A stretch of 63,290 bases of DNA, counting the filler, from Ministeria vibrans ATCC 50519 (Eukaryota > Protista > Filasterea): NCBI GenBank assembly GCA_943704425.1. It is 5 parts of 5 records of this genome, joined end to end, with 100 filler letters (N's around TTAATTAATTAA, not from the genome) between each part and the next. Parts side by side here need not be neighbours in the genome. Positions count along the whole stretch, not along the records: positions 24,220 to 27,379 come from CALSCP010000071.1; positions 27,480 to 30,081 come from CALSCP010001076.1; positions 30,182 to 48,443 come from CALSCP010002478.1; 2 more parts are not named here. One strand, given 5' to 3'. The position numbers and the translations under genes were made by a program. The stretch's first letter is position 1. Every line of letters starts with the position of its first letter. The notes below the pieces were generated by a model. That model was not told where the DNA came from and ran no database searches. It saw only the letters and a program-made list of their open reading frames with translations. Shown here in pieces: positions 24,376 through 41,969 of the stretch.

Positions 24376-25327
24376 ATGAACCGCCCAGAACGGTGGATTC
24401 CGCCTGCAACACGTCCTTTGCCACTGCTTTACCGGCTGGCGTCGCAGGCGGTCTTGACAGCGACCACAGCCGGCGCAAAAGCCCTTCTTGCGCTCCAGCA
24501 CGTTGAGGTGCACGGCGACGTGGAGGCCTTTCGCACACTTGTCTGCGACGGCCCTCGAGGGCGCTCCCAGCCACTCATCAGCGTTGCAAACCACGATTCG
24601 GTGCTGGACGAGCCGCTTCTGTGGGCGGCGCTGTTGCCCGTGCCATTCTTTCGACCACACGTCATCCGCCATGCCCTGGGCGCGTACGCTCCTCCACCGC
24701 TCCTCTGCCATCATAAGGATGCGTCTGATCTTGCTCTTCTTGTGTGTTTTTGTGTGTGTGTGTGTTGTTTTTAGATCCGACATTGTCTTTAAGACTCCTC
24801 TGATGGCATTGTACTTCTCGCTGGGTCAGACTATTCCGGTCACTCGCGGAGAAGGCATCCATCAGTTTGGCATGAATCACGCCATCGAACTGCTTCACCA
24901 GCGCCAGTGGATCCACGTGTACCCCGAAGGTCGCGTCACGCCGTCCGAGGTGCTCCTGCCGCGACTCAAATGGGGCGTAGGCCGATTGGCCCTCGAATCA
25001 GCCGAACCCCCACTCATCTATCCCTTCTACCACAGAGGTACGTCATTTGGTCTTGCGCGTATCTGCATCTTCTCAACTATCTCTGTCTATCTGTCTGTTT
25101 TGCCCCCAACAGGCTTGGCCGAGGTCATCCCCAGTCTTCCGCGCGTCAAAAGTGCCATTCCGCACACACACAAGCGCGTCACAATCCTCCTTGGCGAACC
25201 ATACGTCTCAAAGGCACATTCTCAACCGGGCTCAGACGCCGACAGACGCATTGCCCTCACTGCTGAGGTTCATGACCGGCTCGAAGCACTCAGAATACGA
25301 ATGGACCAAATTCACCCACTCAAATAA
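24376..25327 (+). CDS. TAZ: Tafazzin (cardiolipin transacylase)
   Basis: LISVANHDSVLDEPLLW, FSLGQTIPVTRGEGIHQ, WIHVYPEGRV, LKWGVGRL; two introns. Confidence 0.93.
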
Positions 25328-25347
25328 ACTTTTTATCCAACTGATGT

Positions 25348-26481
25348 TTACTTTTTCTTCTTTGTCGGGCTCTTCGCGCGACGAGAGGGCATCACACGCA
25401 CAGCAGCAGTCGGTGTGGCACTGCGACTCACTCGTTTGCTCGTCCGCCTCTTTTCCTCCTCCCCTTCTTCTTCTTCTTCTTCTTCTTCTTCTTCTTCTTC
25501 CCTTGCTCTCTTCCTCGTCTTCTTCTCCTTCACCTTTGGCTCTTCCTCTTCCTTCTCCTCTTCCTCTTCGTCGCTATCATCGGCAAACCGCGTCACCACT
25601 GCGCCCTTCTTCTTCCCCCCTTTGCGTCGCTTCCGCACAGCCTTCACCTCCGTCTCATCCACAGCTGCACTCCCAGCCACAGATTCAGTCTTCGATACAC
25701 TCACCACCACGGATTCATTTCCAGGCGCAGCGTCAGTCTGAGACTGCGTCTCGGCCATGTGCGCCTGGTGAGCGCCAGTGCCACGCTTGCGCTTGCGACT
25801 GGGCACTTCCTTCTGATCCCTGCGTCGTCTGCGCTCCTCCTCAATTCCCTTCCAATACTCCACCTCTTCATCCCCTTCCAGCAGTCGCGCACTGCACGCC
25901 ACTCCCCGCTCACTCTCCACAAACCCTCGTGCATCAGACGCGCTTGCAAACCGTGCATACCCCTACAGATAGAGAGAAGAAAAAAGGAACAAGAAAGAAA
26001 CAAAGTGATAGAGAGAAGAAAGAAAGAAACAAAGTGAGAGAGAGGAGAAAGAAAGAGACAAAGGGAGAGAGAGAAGAAAGATTGAAACAAAGTGATAGAG
26101 AGGAGAAACAAAGAAAAAAATTGAGAGAGAGTTAGTTGTTGTGTGTGCGTCAAGAGTACACATACTGTGGTTGCGCCAGTCGTATAGTCTACATAAACAC
26201 ACCGCCCAACGCCACTAAATTCATCCTATACATAGTTCACCATCAGACATTTTCCCTCTCCCTCTCTCTATCATCGTACTCTCAATGTGCCGCGTTTACT
26301 GTCCTCGGGTACTCCGGAAAACGCAGCAACAGTGTCTACGCAAAACAGAACACACAAATCAATACTCAACTCACTACTGACTCAATGTGACTTACTCACC
26401 CACTCACTCACTCAGAAAGTCACACACACACACACACTTATCCACACACACACACACTTATCCACACACACACACACTTAT

Positions 26482-26534
<53 letters not shown>

Positions 26535-27273
26535 ATCTCGCATTACCTTCCTCGATGCCCAGCAGATCCCGCTCCGCATTGCGCCGCTCCTGTGCGCGAT
26601 GTGCCCGCACCATTTCCTGTTGCAGCTTCTTGTACTCCCGCTTCATCGCACTCCACTCTCCTCTACACACACATACACACACACACACACACACGTGTTT
26701 TTCATGTGGCATGTCTGCTTTTCGCCCTTACTTGGCCATTACGCGAAGTCCAACTCCATTCTGGTCAAACTCGCACAGTTCTTCAATGGCCCTTTGCGCT
26801 TCACTCACCGTTGAGTATTCCACAAAGGCAAATCCTATCAACAGTACACCCGCACACGTGAGCACAGCCCCTTTCACATTTCCTCCAAACCAACACTCTA
26901 CCTTTGATCGTTTTTGAGCCGGCGTAGCGCGGAAGCGAGACATAGAGAACAGTGCCGCAGGCGCTAAAGATGTGGCGCAGCGAGTCGTGGTCAGTGAGCG
27001 CAGGCAGTTGCTCGACATAGACTGTGCGCGCGTCGACGTCACTTGCCATGGCTTTCACTTCATCAAGGGGCGTCCTTCGACGAAGACGGAGGCCGTCCGA
27101 GCTCAGCTGTAACGAGCGAGAGAGAAAACAAGAGTGAGCCGGTCAGACAATCCATTCGCTTTGCCGTTTACTTCCAACGACGGAATTGCAAGAATCGCCG
27201 CGCGAATTTGCTCCTCGGTGGGATGCAGCGAGTTGAGTTTGTTGAAGGAGGCAATGGTCGCAATGTCAACATC
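25348..27273 (-). CDS. LARP7: La-related protein 7 (La motif, RRM1, xRRM); 5' end missing
   Basis: VDIATIASFNKL; RTVYVEQLP..VSLPRY..KGFAFVEY; LRVMAKGEWSAMKREY; xRRM VYVDY..GYARF..LLEGDEEVEYW. Confidence 0.88.
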
Positions 27274-27315
27274 TGCACAAAGAGAGCGGTGAGCAACGAC
27301 TCAACGACGTTGATC

Positions 27316-27379
<64 letters not shown>

Positions 27380-27480
27380 NNNNNNNNNNNNNNNNNNNNN
27401 NNNNNNNNNNNNNNNNNNNNNNNTTAATTAATTAANNNNNNNNNNNNNNNNNNNNNNNNNNNNNNNNNNNNNNNNNNNNA

Positions 27481-27576
27481 CCCTAACCCTAACCCTAACC
27501 CTAACCCTAACCCTAACCCTAACCCTAACCCTAACCCTAACCCTAACCCTAACCCTAACCCTAACCCTAACCCTAA
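27481..27576 (-). repeat. Telomeric array (CCCTAA)16 = TTAGGG at scaffold start
   Basis: Perfect hexamer array immediately after a spacer, oriented as a left chromosome end. Confidence 0.95.
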
Positions 27577-28092
27577 GCCAAAACCCTCACAAGAGCCCCA
27601 AGATCTAGAAAAGATGGGCCCGTACAGCTCACGGTAATTACCTTTCACTGTCAGCTCCATGGGGAGAGGCGATCCGCCGTAGGCCACATCGTAGGCTTTT
27701 TCTATGACAAGATAAAAATCTTTCTCGCCGGGAGAAATTTGGGAGTGGCGACGCCACGGTAACCAGTTGCAACGCACACGACTAAACATGATACAAGTAA
27801 CAAGTCACTGTCTTGGTCACAGGGAAGTAAATAAAAAGATTGCGGATCACTCATCACAGTATTCAATGGAACAGGAGGAGGCCCACGAGTAGCACATGAT
27901 GAATTTCGCAGGGAATGCCACGTCACGTATGCTCAGCAAAACAAGCGTTTTTTTCCTAGGATAACCCGTCATCAATTTCCCAGCAATGAGCAATCAGCAT
28001 TCCTTTTACGTTTTTAGTTCAATCAGTCCTTGGGTACCTCTATAAGCTGGAAATAAGCTGTCCCTCAAGCAAGGCGAGAGCGAAGCAAAAAG

Positions 28093-29184
28093 ATGGCGAG
28101 CGGTATGTTTTTTGTTGTGAGAGGAAAATATGTGAAATCTCACATGCATGTGGTGTATCACTATCACTGTCTTGGTTTATCGAACTCAAAACTGTAACTC
28201 TCATCATAGGCACGAAGAACTCCTTGAAGATTTTGGTTCAGAGATACAACAGAAAGATTAATGATCAGGCTCTCAACAACGCTTTCGACAAGTTTGTTGA
28301 CACCCTACAAGCACACCTCTCTGGTTGTGAAGGCACGTGGGAGAAGACTCTTACCTCTGATGGTAGAACATGTGCGCTCTTCACATTTTACTCTCATTTT
28401 ACCCCTTTCTCTTCGTTTTTTTTGTCTCAGACTGCCATCGTTCCGCTTGTGGCGAGATTGTCCCAAGCAACGGCAGCATCCAAGACCTTGAGGTCGTGGC
28501 CTATTACGGCTATGACTTTCGTACCCTCAGTAAGGTTGTGTCTGATTCGAATGGGCGGAACAAGTTGTTTGCCAGGTGCAAAAAGTGGGTCGCGATCGTT
28601 GTCGTTGTGCCGCCGAATGAAGAAGCGGACTTGCCCAAGACGTCTTTCAAGTGTCTGGACGACCTTTTTTTGCAAAAATCATTCTACTACGTGTGCGATG
28701 GAGGAGAGCCATCGGTGAAGTGTGCCACATCTCAGGAGTGGAAAAGGCTGCCAATCGAGGTGTCAAAAACTCAAGATGCTGCTCTGGCTGTCCTGATGAG
28801 CAAGATGTGGAGTTTCCAGGATGCCCTTCTGCTTGAGAAACAGTCAAAGAAAGAACTTGGGCGAGGGTTCCGTTCGGAACATGCGGATGACTTTTGTGGC
28901 GGCGACCTACCGAAGAATGCCACCAACAAAGAGGAGCCTGCAAATGCCCCCCGCACGCCCATGGGTAAGTTTTTATTTTTTGTTCTCACTCCCAGCCAGG
29001 CAGAACACTCACTCTCAACTCATCCACTCTTTTCCCTTCAACATACATTCTATCAGTTGAAGAGCCTCCAACAGAGCCCGCTTCGGAATCAAAGAGTGTT
29101 GTCGGTGGGTTTCTGAAGAGTGTCAGCGGCTCATTGACGAGTGAAACACCCATTCAGGTACAATCTCCTAGTGAGATATTGTGA
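28093..29184 (+). CDS. Subtelomeric orphan protein, 4 exons
   Basis: MAS|GTKNSLKILVQRY..TSD|DCHRSACG..TPM|VEEPP..EIL*; three phase-compatible GT-AG introns; no recognised domain. Confidence 0.6.
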
Positions 29185-29454
29185 GATTGGAGAAGTAGAA
29201 ACGGAAAATAAAATTAATTTATTAAATTTTATGAAGAGAAGAATTCGAGAAGAATGCAGCCCATTTGTTCCCATGGATGCAATGTCACGTCACAGATTTA
29301 GAGAACAATGAAGCGCAGATACGCATGCGGCAAACACCATACTCGAGCTCACCACACGTCACAAAGACACACGGTTCGTCCTGTACAGCTCAATAATTGA
29401 CCCAAGCAAGGGTTCTGGCCAAGTCCGTTTGATACACTTCTGTTCATTTCGTGT

Positions 29455-29925
29455 TTGTTATCCTTGAATGTGTGGAGGTGTCTATGTTTAGCTCTGGGAC
29501 TGTTTTGCCATCTACCTCATAAGAGAATTAGAGAAATGCCAATTAAGGCAATTTTTCCTGTGGCCAAAATTGTTGGCAAAAACAAAAAAAAACAATCACA
29601 AGGAAGAGGAAGGCGATTGATTACTTTCTGCTTGTTTGATTTATTTTTATATCAAATTCCTGTCTTTTACTCTGAATGTGTGGGTGTCTATTTACCCCTG
29701 GTACTTTCTCCCGTCTACGTCTTATAAGAGACATCCAAAAAAGCGCTAAGAGGACTCTACCTGTGGCTCAAATTGTTGGCAAAACACAAAACAAACAAAA
29801 GAAAAAAGGTTATCATTTTCTGTCATTTCATAAGGTTTCTCTTCATTTCGTTGTTTTTAGCCCTGAATGTGCGCGGGTAGCTAGTTCTAGCTCAGGCACC
29901 TTTTTCTCATCTACCTCTTACTGTT
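29455..29925. repeat. Degenerate ~200-bp subtelomeric tandem repeat (about 2.3 copies)
   Basis: tgaatgtg..gtcta..tctac starts at ~29464, ~29672, ~29863; cctgtggc..aaattgttggcaaaa at ~29557 and ~29760. Confidence 0.75.
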
Positions 29926-30181
29926 CGACTATGTGTGAATCTCATGTAACATTTTTCGTGTACCTTCCCTTCCACGAAATACATTTAAAGTTCAAAACAA
30001 AACATTTTCAGCGTCTTTCATTGTATAATTTTTTTGATCCACGCCCTTGCCTTCGCTGACGAGCTCTGCTGCGTTCCCGGANNNNNNNNNNNNNNNNNNN
30101 NNNNNNNNNNNNNNNNNNNNNNNNNTTAATTAATTAANNNNNNNNNNNNNNNNNNNNNNNNNNNNNNNNNNNNNNNNNNNN

Positions 30182-30287
<106 letters not shown>

Positions 30288-30363
30288 TTATTACAATTTT
30301 TAAATATTAATTTTGTATTTTAATGAATAATAATAAAGATGTTAATGTTACTTTGCTGTGTAG

Positions 30364-30689
30364 AACCTGAATCTGATTCATGTCATTGATGAAAAATCTC
30401 CGCTGTTTGGGTGGGATGCGAAGCGCCTCTTTGCGTCGGGTGCGTCCATTTGGTTCAAGTTTTCCGGCGAAGACACTACGTTTGAGAAAACGTACTCCTA
30501 CAGCACAGCGAGCAATTTCGTTGTTTTAATATTGACCCCGTCTCTCCGCGTAGGTTTCATGGGAAGACAGTGCACTCTCCGTTGCAAATTGTGTGGGGCG
30601 GTCGCTTTGTTGACACGGTTTACCGTCGCCCCACAGACCACATGCCGGTTATTGACTTTGCCCGCTTCCACGATGTCCTTGTTGACTAA
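30364..30689 (+). CDS. Inward-rectifier K+ channel cytoplasmic domain, last two exons
   Basis: LIHVIDEKSPLFG..FSGEDTTFEKT|FHGKTVHSPLQIVWGGRFVD..IDFARFHDV*, matching Kir/KirBac C-terminal motifs. Confidence 0.85.
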
Positions 30690-31043
30690 CCTCTCCCTCG
30701 TCTCTTCTTATATTTCATATTGTACATCGTTCGTGTGTGTATTGTAATGAATCATTAATTGATTTGATCCTACTGGGCTCAGTTTGTTTCTCCCTCCTTT
30801 TATCACTTTGTCTCTCCATCACTTTGTTTCTATCTACCTCCTCTCTCTATTACTTTGCTTCTTTCTTTTTTCTCTCCATCTAACACTTTCTCTCTCTCTA
30901 TCATTTTGTTTCTTTCTTTCTCTCCTATCTATCACTTTGGTTCTTTCTTTCTCCTCTCTCTCCCTATCACTTTGTTACTTTCTTTCTCTCCTCTCTCTAT
31001 CACTTCGTTTCTTTCTTTCTCTCCTCTCTCTATCACTTTCTTT

Positions 31044-35521
<4,478 letters not shown>

Positions 35522-35718
35522 GGGGATGCAGACGACAGCTGCACTTTAAAAGAAGGCTTTTTGGAAAGGGACTGAATGCTCGGAGGACGAAGAGTCGGCG
35601 ATCAGCAGTCCAAGAAAAGTCTCACTCGTTCAGTAAGTCAGAGTTTCTCTCATCCATGATCCAATCATCCGACATCCAAAGTTTCCTAATTTCACAGTTT
35701 TTAACCTTCCTTGATAGA

Positions 35719-35998
35719 ATGTCAGACTCTGGCCCTTCAGAAGCGGCTCTGGCGCCAGGTAGGAACCCGTGCACGTGCGTAGCATATTGGAGTACTTACA
35801 AAGCGTGCTGGTGCGCCTGGACGCAGTGTACACGTCGGATGCGACGGGTGATGATGAAAGCGGCACGGGTGCTGCCGAAGCCCCGTACAAGACGCTCGTT
35901 AAAGCAATCCAGGCGCTCGGCGTCACAGATAACCTGCCGGTACGTATTCTTGCTCATCGTGCGTCGTCTCTCGCCGTGCAGCGCAGTGAAAGAGAGAG

Positions 35999-36029
<31 letters not shown>

Positions 36030-38001
36030 GACCTGCAGCGCGTCTACGCGGCCGGAACACACGACACCTGGTCTCTTTCTCGGTCTGATTTCTCATTCAC
36101 GCGATATCGCAATACCTCTGAAAGAGGCGACGCACGTGTCGTCGGCCGTGTGCGTATGCACAGAAACAGCGTGCCGTAGCACTGGCGTGGCTGTGTCGGG
36201 CCTAGCAACGGCGCTCACCCACGGTCTCTTTTTTTCCGGTGGCTGCACAGGCACTGTTCGTCGACAGCGCAGAGGAAGGCCAGCAGTGGGCCCCTGCGCC
36301 CAAGTCGGCCCTGAAGAAGGCCGTCAAGAGTGTGCAGATTGAGACGAGGAAGGCGGCGGAGCGCGAACGCCGCGAGCAGGAGGACAAGGCCAAGCAAGAG
36401 GCGGCAGCCGAGGCGCATGCTGCCATGATCGAGGAGGCGAAGAAGGTGAGGCGACTCGTTGGTCATCGTGTCACCCGTCGACTCTGACACCTTGCCATTG
36501 TATTGCACAGATTGTCCTTGAAGAGGACACGTCGCTGCCGGCCGCCAAGCGCATTCAGATTCGCGAGGCAGCCGAGCACCGCGGCGAACGCATTCGAGTT
36601 CAGGCATGGGTGGCAACAATCCGTCGTCAGGGCAAGTCGCTGGTGTTTCTGGTGCTGCGTGACGGCTCGGGACTGCTCCAGACGGTGCTGACGGACCGAT
36701 TGTGCCACACGCACGACGCGCTGCTGCTCGGCCAAGAGTGGAGCGTTGAGGTGTTTGGAACGCTGCACGCTGTGCCCGAGGGCAAGGAGGCGCCCGGAGG
36801 TCACGAACTCAAGGCGGACTATTGGCGCGTGATTGGGCGTGCGCCGGCCGGCGGACTAGATGTTGTTTTCAACCGCAACACGCACATTGACGTGCTGCTT
36901 GACAACCGCCACCTGTGGATCCGCGACCCCGAGGTCACCAACATCTTGCGCATGCGCGCCTACGTTATGCAGTGCTTCCGCGACCACTACGCCGCTCGCC
37001 ACTACACCGAAGTCACTCCGCCTACTCTGGTTCAGACCATGTGCGAAGGTGGAAGCACCCTCTTCAAGTTTGACTACTATGGAGAACCGGTACGCGGCAC
37101 AGGAATGAACGAGAGACCAAAGCCACTGACAAAACTGCGTGTGCATCACATAGGCGTACTTGACCCAGTCGTCACAGCTGTACCTCGAGACGGCCATGGC
37201 CTCGGTCGGCGATGTCTTCTGCGCGGTCTCGTCGTACCGCGCCGAGAAGGCCCGCACTCGCCGCCATCTCTCAGAGTACCATCACACACACACACACACA
37301 CATCCACACATCGCTGACGTGTGTGTTTTTGTCTCGTTTTTTTTTTTTTCTCGTTTTACTTGGTAGGTACTCGCATCTTGAAGCGGAGTGTCCATTTATT
37401 ACGTTTGAGGATCTGTTGGTGCGCATTGAGGACCTTGTCTGTGATGTGGTCGACCGTGTGCTCTCCGGCCCCCATGCCGATCTTTTCCGTCAGATGCGAC
37501 CTGACTTTGTCGCCCCCAAGCGTCCCTTCAAGCGTATGCAGTATGTCGAGGCTATTGAGTATCTTAAGGAGCACGACATCCGCAAGGACGACGGCTCCTT
37601 TTACGAGTTTGGCGAAGTATGATATCCCCTTCGCGCGTTATGCTTTTTTTTTTCAACTCATTTCACCCTCTTTTTTATCGCTACTCCCCGCTAGGACATT
37701 CCTGAGGCGCCCGAGCGCAAGATGACGGACCAGATTGGCGAGCCTATTCTGCTTAACCGATTCCCCAAAGAGATCAAGGCCTTCTACATGCAGCCGTGCG
37801 AGGACGACGCCCGTCTCACCGAGAGGTACGCCCAATGCAGACCTTTTAGACTCACTCACTTTACGTTTCTGTCCTTCCTAGTGTTGATGTGTGCATGCCC
37901 GGCGTGGGTGAGATTGTGGGGGGTTCCATGCGTATGTGGGATGAGCAGCTGTTGCTTGAAGCCTACAAGCGCGAAGGCATTGACCCCGACAACTACTACT
38001 G

Positions 38002-38096
<95 letters not shown>

Positions 38097-38278
38097 ACAT
38101 TCATGCATTCTAACTCGTCTCACCCACGCATAGGTACATTGACCAGCGTCGCTTCGGCACTTGCCCGCACGGTGGGTATGGCCTGGGTGTCGAGCGCTTC
38201 CTGTGCTGGCTGCTCGGCCGAGACCACATTCGCGAGGTTTGTCTCTACCCCCGCTTTACCGGCCGCTGCAAACCCTGA
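35719..38278 (+). CDS. NARS1: Cytoplasmic asparaginyl-tRNA synthetase
   Basis: VYTSD..APYKT; [11 protein letters not shown]; [12 protein letters not shown]; [15 protein letters not shown]; [12 protein letters not shown]; [12 protein letters not shown]; [12 protein letters not shown]. Confidence 0.97.
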
Positions 38279-38397
38279 TTTGATGGTTTTCCAACAATAC
38301 AACACATTGCTATGCACAGACACACAGACACATACGCACACTCGCTGTTGGATATGAAATCAATATTGCAAAAATCGGTACACTCAAAGAGTGGCTA

Positions 38398-41037
38398 CTA
38401 GAAAGGGAAGCCACCGCCGCCAAAGCCGCCAGGGAAGCCACCACCACCACCACCACGCCGTCTGCGCGACCCGCCGCCACCACCGCCACCATGTGAGTGC
38501 CCTGGGAAGCCACCTCCTTGCTGTGCAAACATCGAGAAGATGTCGTTCATGTCCACTACACACAAAAGCAAGTCGATCAGTCGCCAGAGAAGAAAAAAAG
38601 AGAGAGTGGAACAAAAACGAAAAATTCATACTTCCACCGGGGAATCCACCGCCACCGCCCTCGTCGTCCAGGTCGGCACCCGTGTCGTACCGCTCGCGCT
38701 TGCGAGGGTCATTGAGCACCCCAAATGCCTCACCGACATCCTTGAACATCTTCTCTGCCTCCTTGTGCATCTCCTCCGTCTCATTGTTCTTGTCTGCACC
38801 CCAATCAAAACATATCATTAGATCCCCCTTCCATTTTCTCTCGTGTCCGAGCGCCTACCAGGATGGTATTTGAGCGCCATTCTGCGATACGCCTTCTTGA
38901 GCTCTTGTTCCGTTGCGTTCTTCTCCACTCCCAATATCTAAACGGAAGTGGACCAGTAAGAGAACACCACAATTATAAGACATACACAAACACAAAAACA
39001 CACTTGCGGGATCAGATAGGAGCGAAAGACATTTTGTTACTGATTGATATATTGCTTTACATGTCAACATTGTCGAAAGAAACCTGTACAGGTTTTTTCC
39101 AACATCGGATGAACTATACCGTCATCATACCACACAAACACGAGAGACAAAGAAACAAGAGAATATGAGTGTATTGCTACCTTGTAGTAATCCTTCCTTT
39201 TGCTCTTTTTCAATTCGAGTTTCGCTTCTCGCAAAAACGCCGCATATTCTATGGAGAGGGAACAAAAGTATCGTTAATATTTAGGGTGGAAAAAGAACAT
39301 CAAAATTATCCTTTGAGCAGTGGAAGAGGGATAGTTTTTTTGGTGACATCATATGATCGGAGAAAGCATGGTGAAAGGATAGTTTTTTGGGACCTCTGTT
39401 ATGGGGGTCGTTGGAGCTGAGGGTTTCATAGTCGCGCACCGCCTCGTCAAACTGCTTGGCATCCATGTGGGTCTTGGCGCGGCGCAACTTGGCTTTTTCG
39501 TAGTTGGGGTCGATTTCAAGGGCACGCGTGCAGTCAGCAATGCAGTCCTCGAGACGCCCCAGTTTGGAGCAGACGGTTGCGCGATTGCAGTATAGCTTGG
39601 CAACCACGTCGCGATTGTCCGGGTCCACCAGTAGTGCTTCCGAGTAAAGTGTGTGCGCCTCATCCAGACTGCCGCGCTTGAATGCATCGTTGCCCGCTGC
39701 CTTCTTTTGATCGATCAGCTTGAGCTTCTTGAGCTGCTCGCGGGCGCGCGTGTAGTCTGGGTCGAGACGCAGAGCCTGTTGAAAGTGCACCTTGGCCGAG
39801 TCGGCATTGCCCTGGCGGTAGAGTACAAGACCACGCACAAAAGTCGCCTCGGCGTTGTTGGTGTCCTCGCGCAGCACGGCGCTGGATGCATCCAGCGCGT
39901 CCGTCAATCGACCCACCTGCAGGAGAGCTTCGGCGCGACGCAGACGCAGCACGCTGCTCTGCTCACACTTTTTCAAAGCGCGGTCCAGGTAAAACAATGC
40001 AGTGCGTGGTTCGCCCTTGCTCATGGCCGCCTTCGCCTGTTCGTCCAACTGCTGAATCTCCAGGATTCGGTCGAGGTCGGCGCGTGCCTGTGAATTGGCC
40101 GGCTCCAACTCGACGGCCGCTTTGTAAAACTGTCGCGATTTGGTGAAGTCGCCCATCTCGAGAGAGCAACGACCGCCTCGCAGCATGGCCTGGTGACAAT
40201 ACATGGGTTAGGGAAGGGGAGGAGGGGGGCGGGGCACAGAGTGCAATTGCTCTCTCTCTACCTTGACAAACGCAGGATTTAATTCAAGGGCATGTTCGAT
40301 GTCTCTGAGAGCGTCACGAAACTTTTTCAGCATCATGAGCGCTGCCGCACGGTTGCCATAGTAGGCTGCAGTGTCAGGCATGAGCTCTAAAGGACAAACC
40401 GCGTGAGAAAAGCGCGTCTGGACGCTTCTTTCATTTTGCGTGTCGGCCCAAGGCATTTCCTCGTGGACGAATCGTACCAATGGCCTCAGAGTACTGTTTC
40501 ACGGCAGAAATATAATCCTGGGCCTTGTAGTAGGTGTTGCCCACGTCCTTGGCTTGCTCTGCAGCGATCTCTACTCGTCGGGCAACGCGAATGTTCCGAG
40601 TCGAGGCAACACTCACGCGACTATATTATTATAATTATAATGATNNNNNNNNNNNNNNNNNNNNNNNNNNNNNNNNNNNNNNNNNNNNNNNNNNNNNNNN
40701 NNNNNNNNNNNNNNNNNNNNNNNNNNNNNNNNNNNNNNNNNNNNNNNNNNNNNNNNNNNNNNNNNNNNNNNNNNNNNNNNNNNNNNNNNNNNNNNNNNNN
40801 NNNNNNNNNNNNNNNNNNNNNNNNNNNNNNNNNNNNNNNNNNNNNNNNNNNNNNNNNNNNNNNNNNNNNNNNNNNNNNNNNNNNNNNNNNNNNNNNNNNN
40901 NNNNNNNNNNNNNNNNNNNNGGTGGGCGGGTGGGCTGCTGGTCCTGTCGTACTGGGATCAATGCGTTCGGGCTCGACCGCGTCGACCTCCATCGGGATGG
41001 ACTCAACATCGCTGGTGTCTTCGTCGCTGGATGACAT
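38398..41037 (-). CDS. DNAJC7: DnaJ homologue C7 (TPR repeats + J domain)
   Basis: TPRs ([37 protein letters not shown]); J domain [22 protein letters not shown]; G/F-rich tail. Confidence 0.95.
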
Positions 41038-41203
41038 ATTGCTATTTGGACTGGTGCGTGAGTGCTAGTGAGAGTCTGCGAGCAATAAGAATGATCGACA
41101 ATGATTGTCGATTGATCATTGATGAAAGGAAGATCAAACTCGTCAACTACTTTTTTTTTCTTTTTCACACACATCTGTAACTTGAGTGATTAAGGTTTGT
41201 CAG

Positions 41204-41969
41204 ATGAAGGGTGGTATTGTATTTTGTCTCCTTGTATGCGCGTGGGCGATGATGGGAGCTGCGAACAATATCAATGATGAGTAAAAAAAATAGTTTGATG
41301 TGAAATTTCGTTACATTCGCATTGTTAGGCACATGCGAGTGCACGCCGAGGAGCTGGGTGTCTCGGTGGACGATATGGCTGGTAACGAGCGCGTCGTCTA
41401 CTTTGGCCTGCACGACTTCAACAGCGACGGCTTCTTGGACGGCCTTGAGCTGACGGTTGCTGCCTTCCACGACCTCGACTCGCCGCCGCTCGACACCATT
41501 GTGTACGGATCACGCGCGTGTGGGTGATGTGTTTGTGGTGTGTGTATGTGGTGTGTGTATCTTTGTGATGTGTGTATCTCTGTGGTATGTGTGTGTGGTG
41601 TGTATTTGTGTGGTATGTGTTTGTGTGTGTATCATTGTGGTGTGTGTATCTGTGTGTGTGTGTGTGTGTTTGTGGTGTGTGTATCATTGTGGTGTGTGTA
41701 TCTCTGTGGTATGTGTGTGTGGTGTGTGTATCTGTGTGGTATGTGTTTGTGATGTGTGTACCATTGTGGTGTGTGTATGCATTTGTGGTGTGTGTATCTC
41801 TGTGGTGTGTGTATTTGGTGTATCTGTGTGGGTGTTGATCTGCGGTGTGTGTAGACGAACCCAGCTTGCAGTGCGAGTGGGAGAGGAGCTCGAGTACGAC
41901 TCGAATGGCGATGGTCTCATTTCGTTGCCGGAGTTTGTCAATGGGACCATCACTAGTGACGCATCGTGA
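41204..41969 (+). CDS. Secreted two-EF-hand protein, MCFD2-like
   Basis: Signal peptide; YFGLHDFNSDGFLDGLEL; YDSNGDGLISLPEF; two introns. Confidence 0.8.
41520..41852. repeat. TG-rich degenerate minisatellite in intron
   Basis: Repeated tgtggtgtgtgtatc(tc)tgtggtatgtgt units. Confidence 0.9.

Noticed and set aside
25348-27576. LARP7 (telomerase-associated family) next to a telomere array / interstitial telomere
   Set aside because: A scaffold spacer separates them; the adjacency is an artefact.
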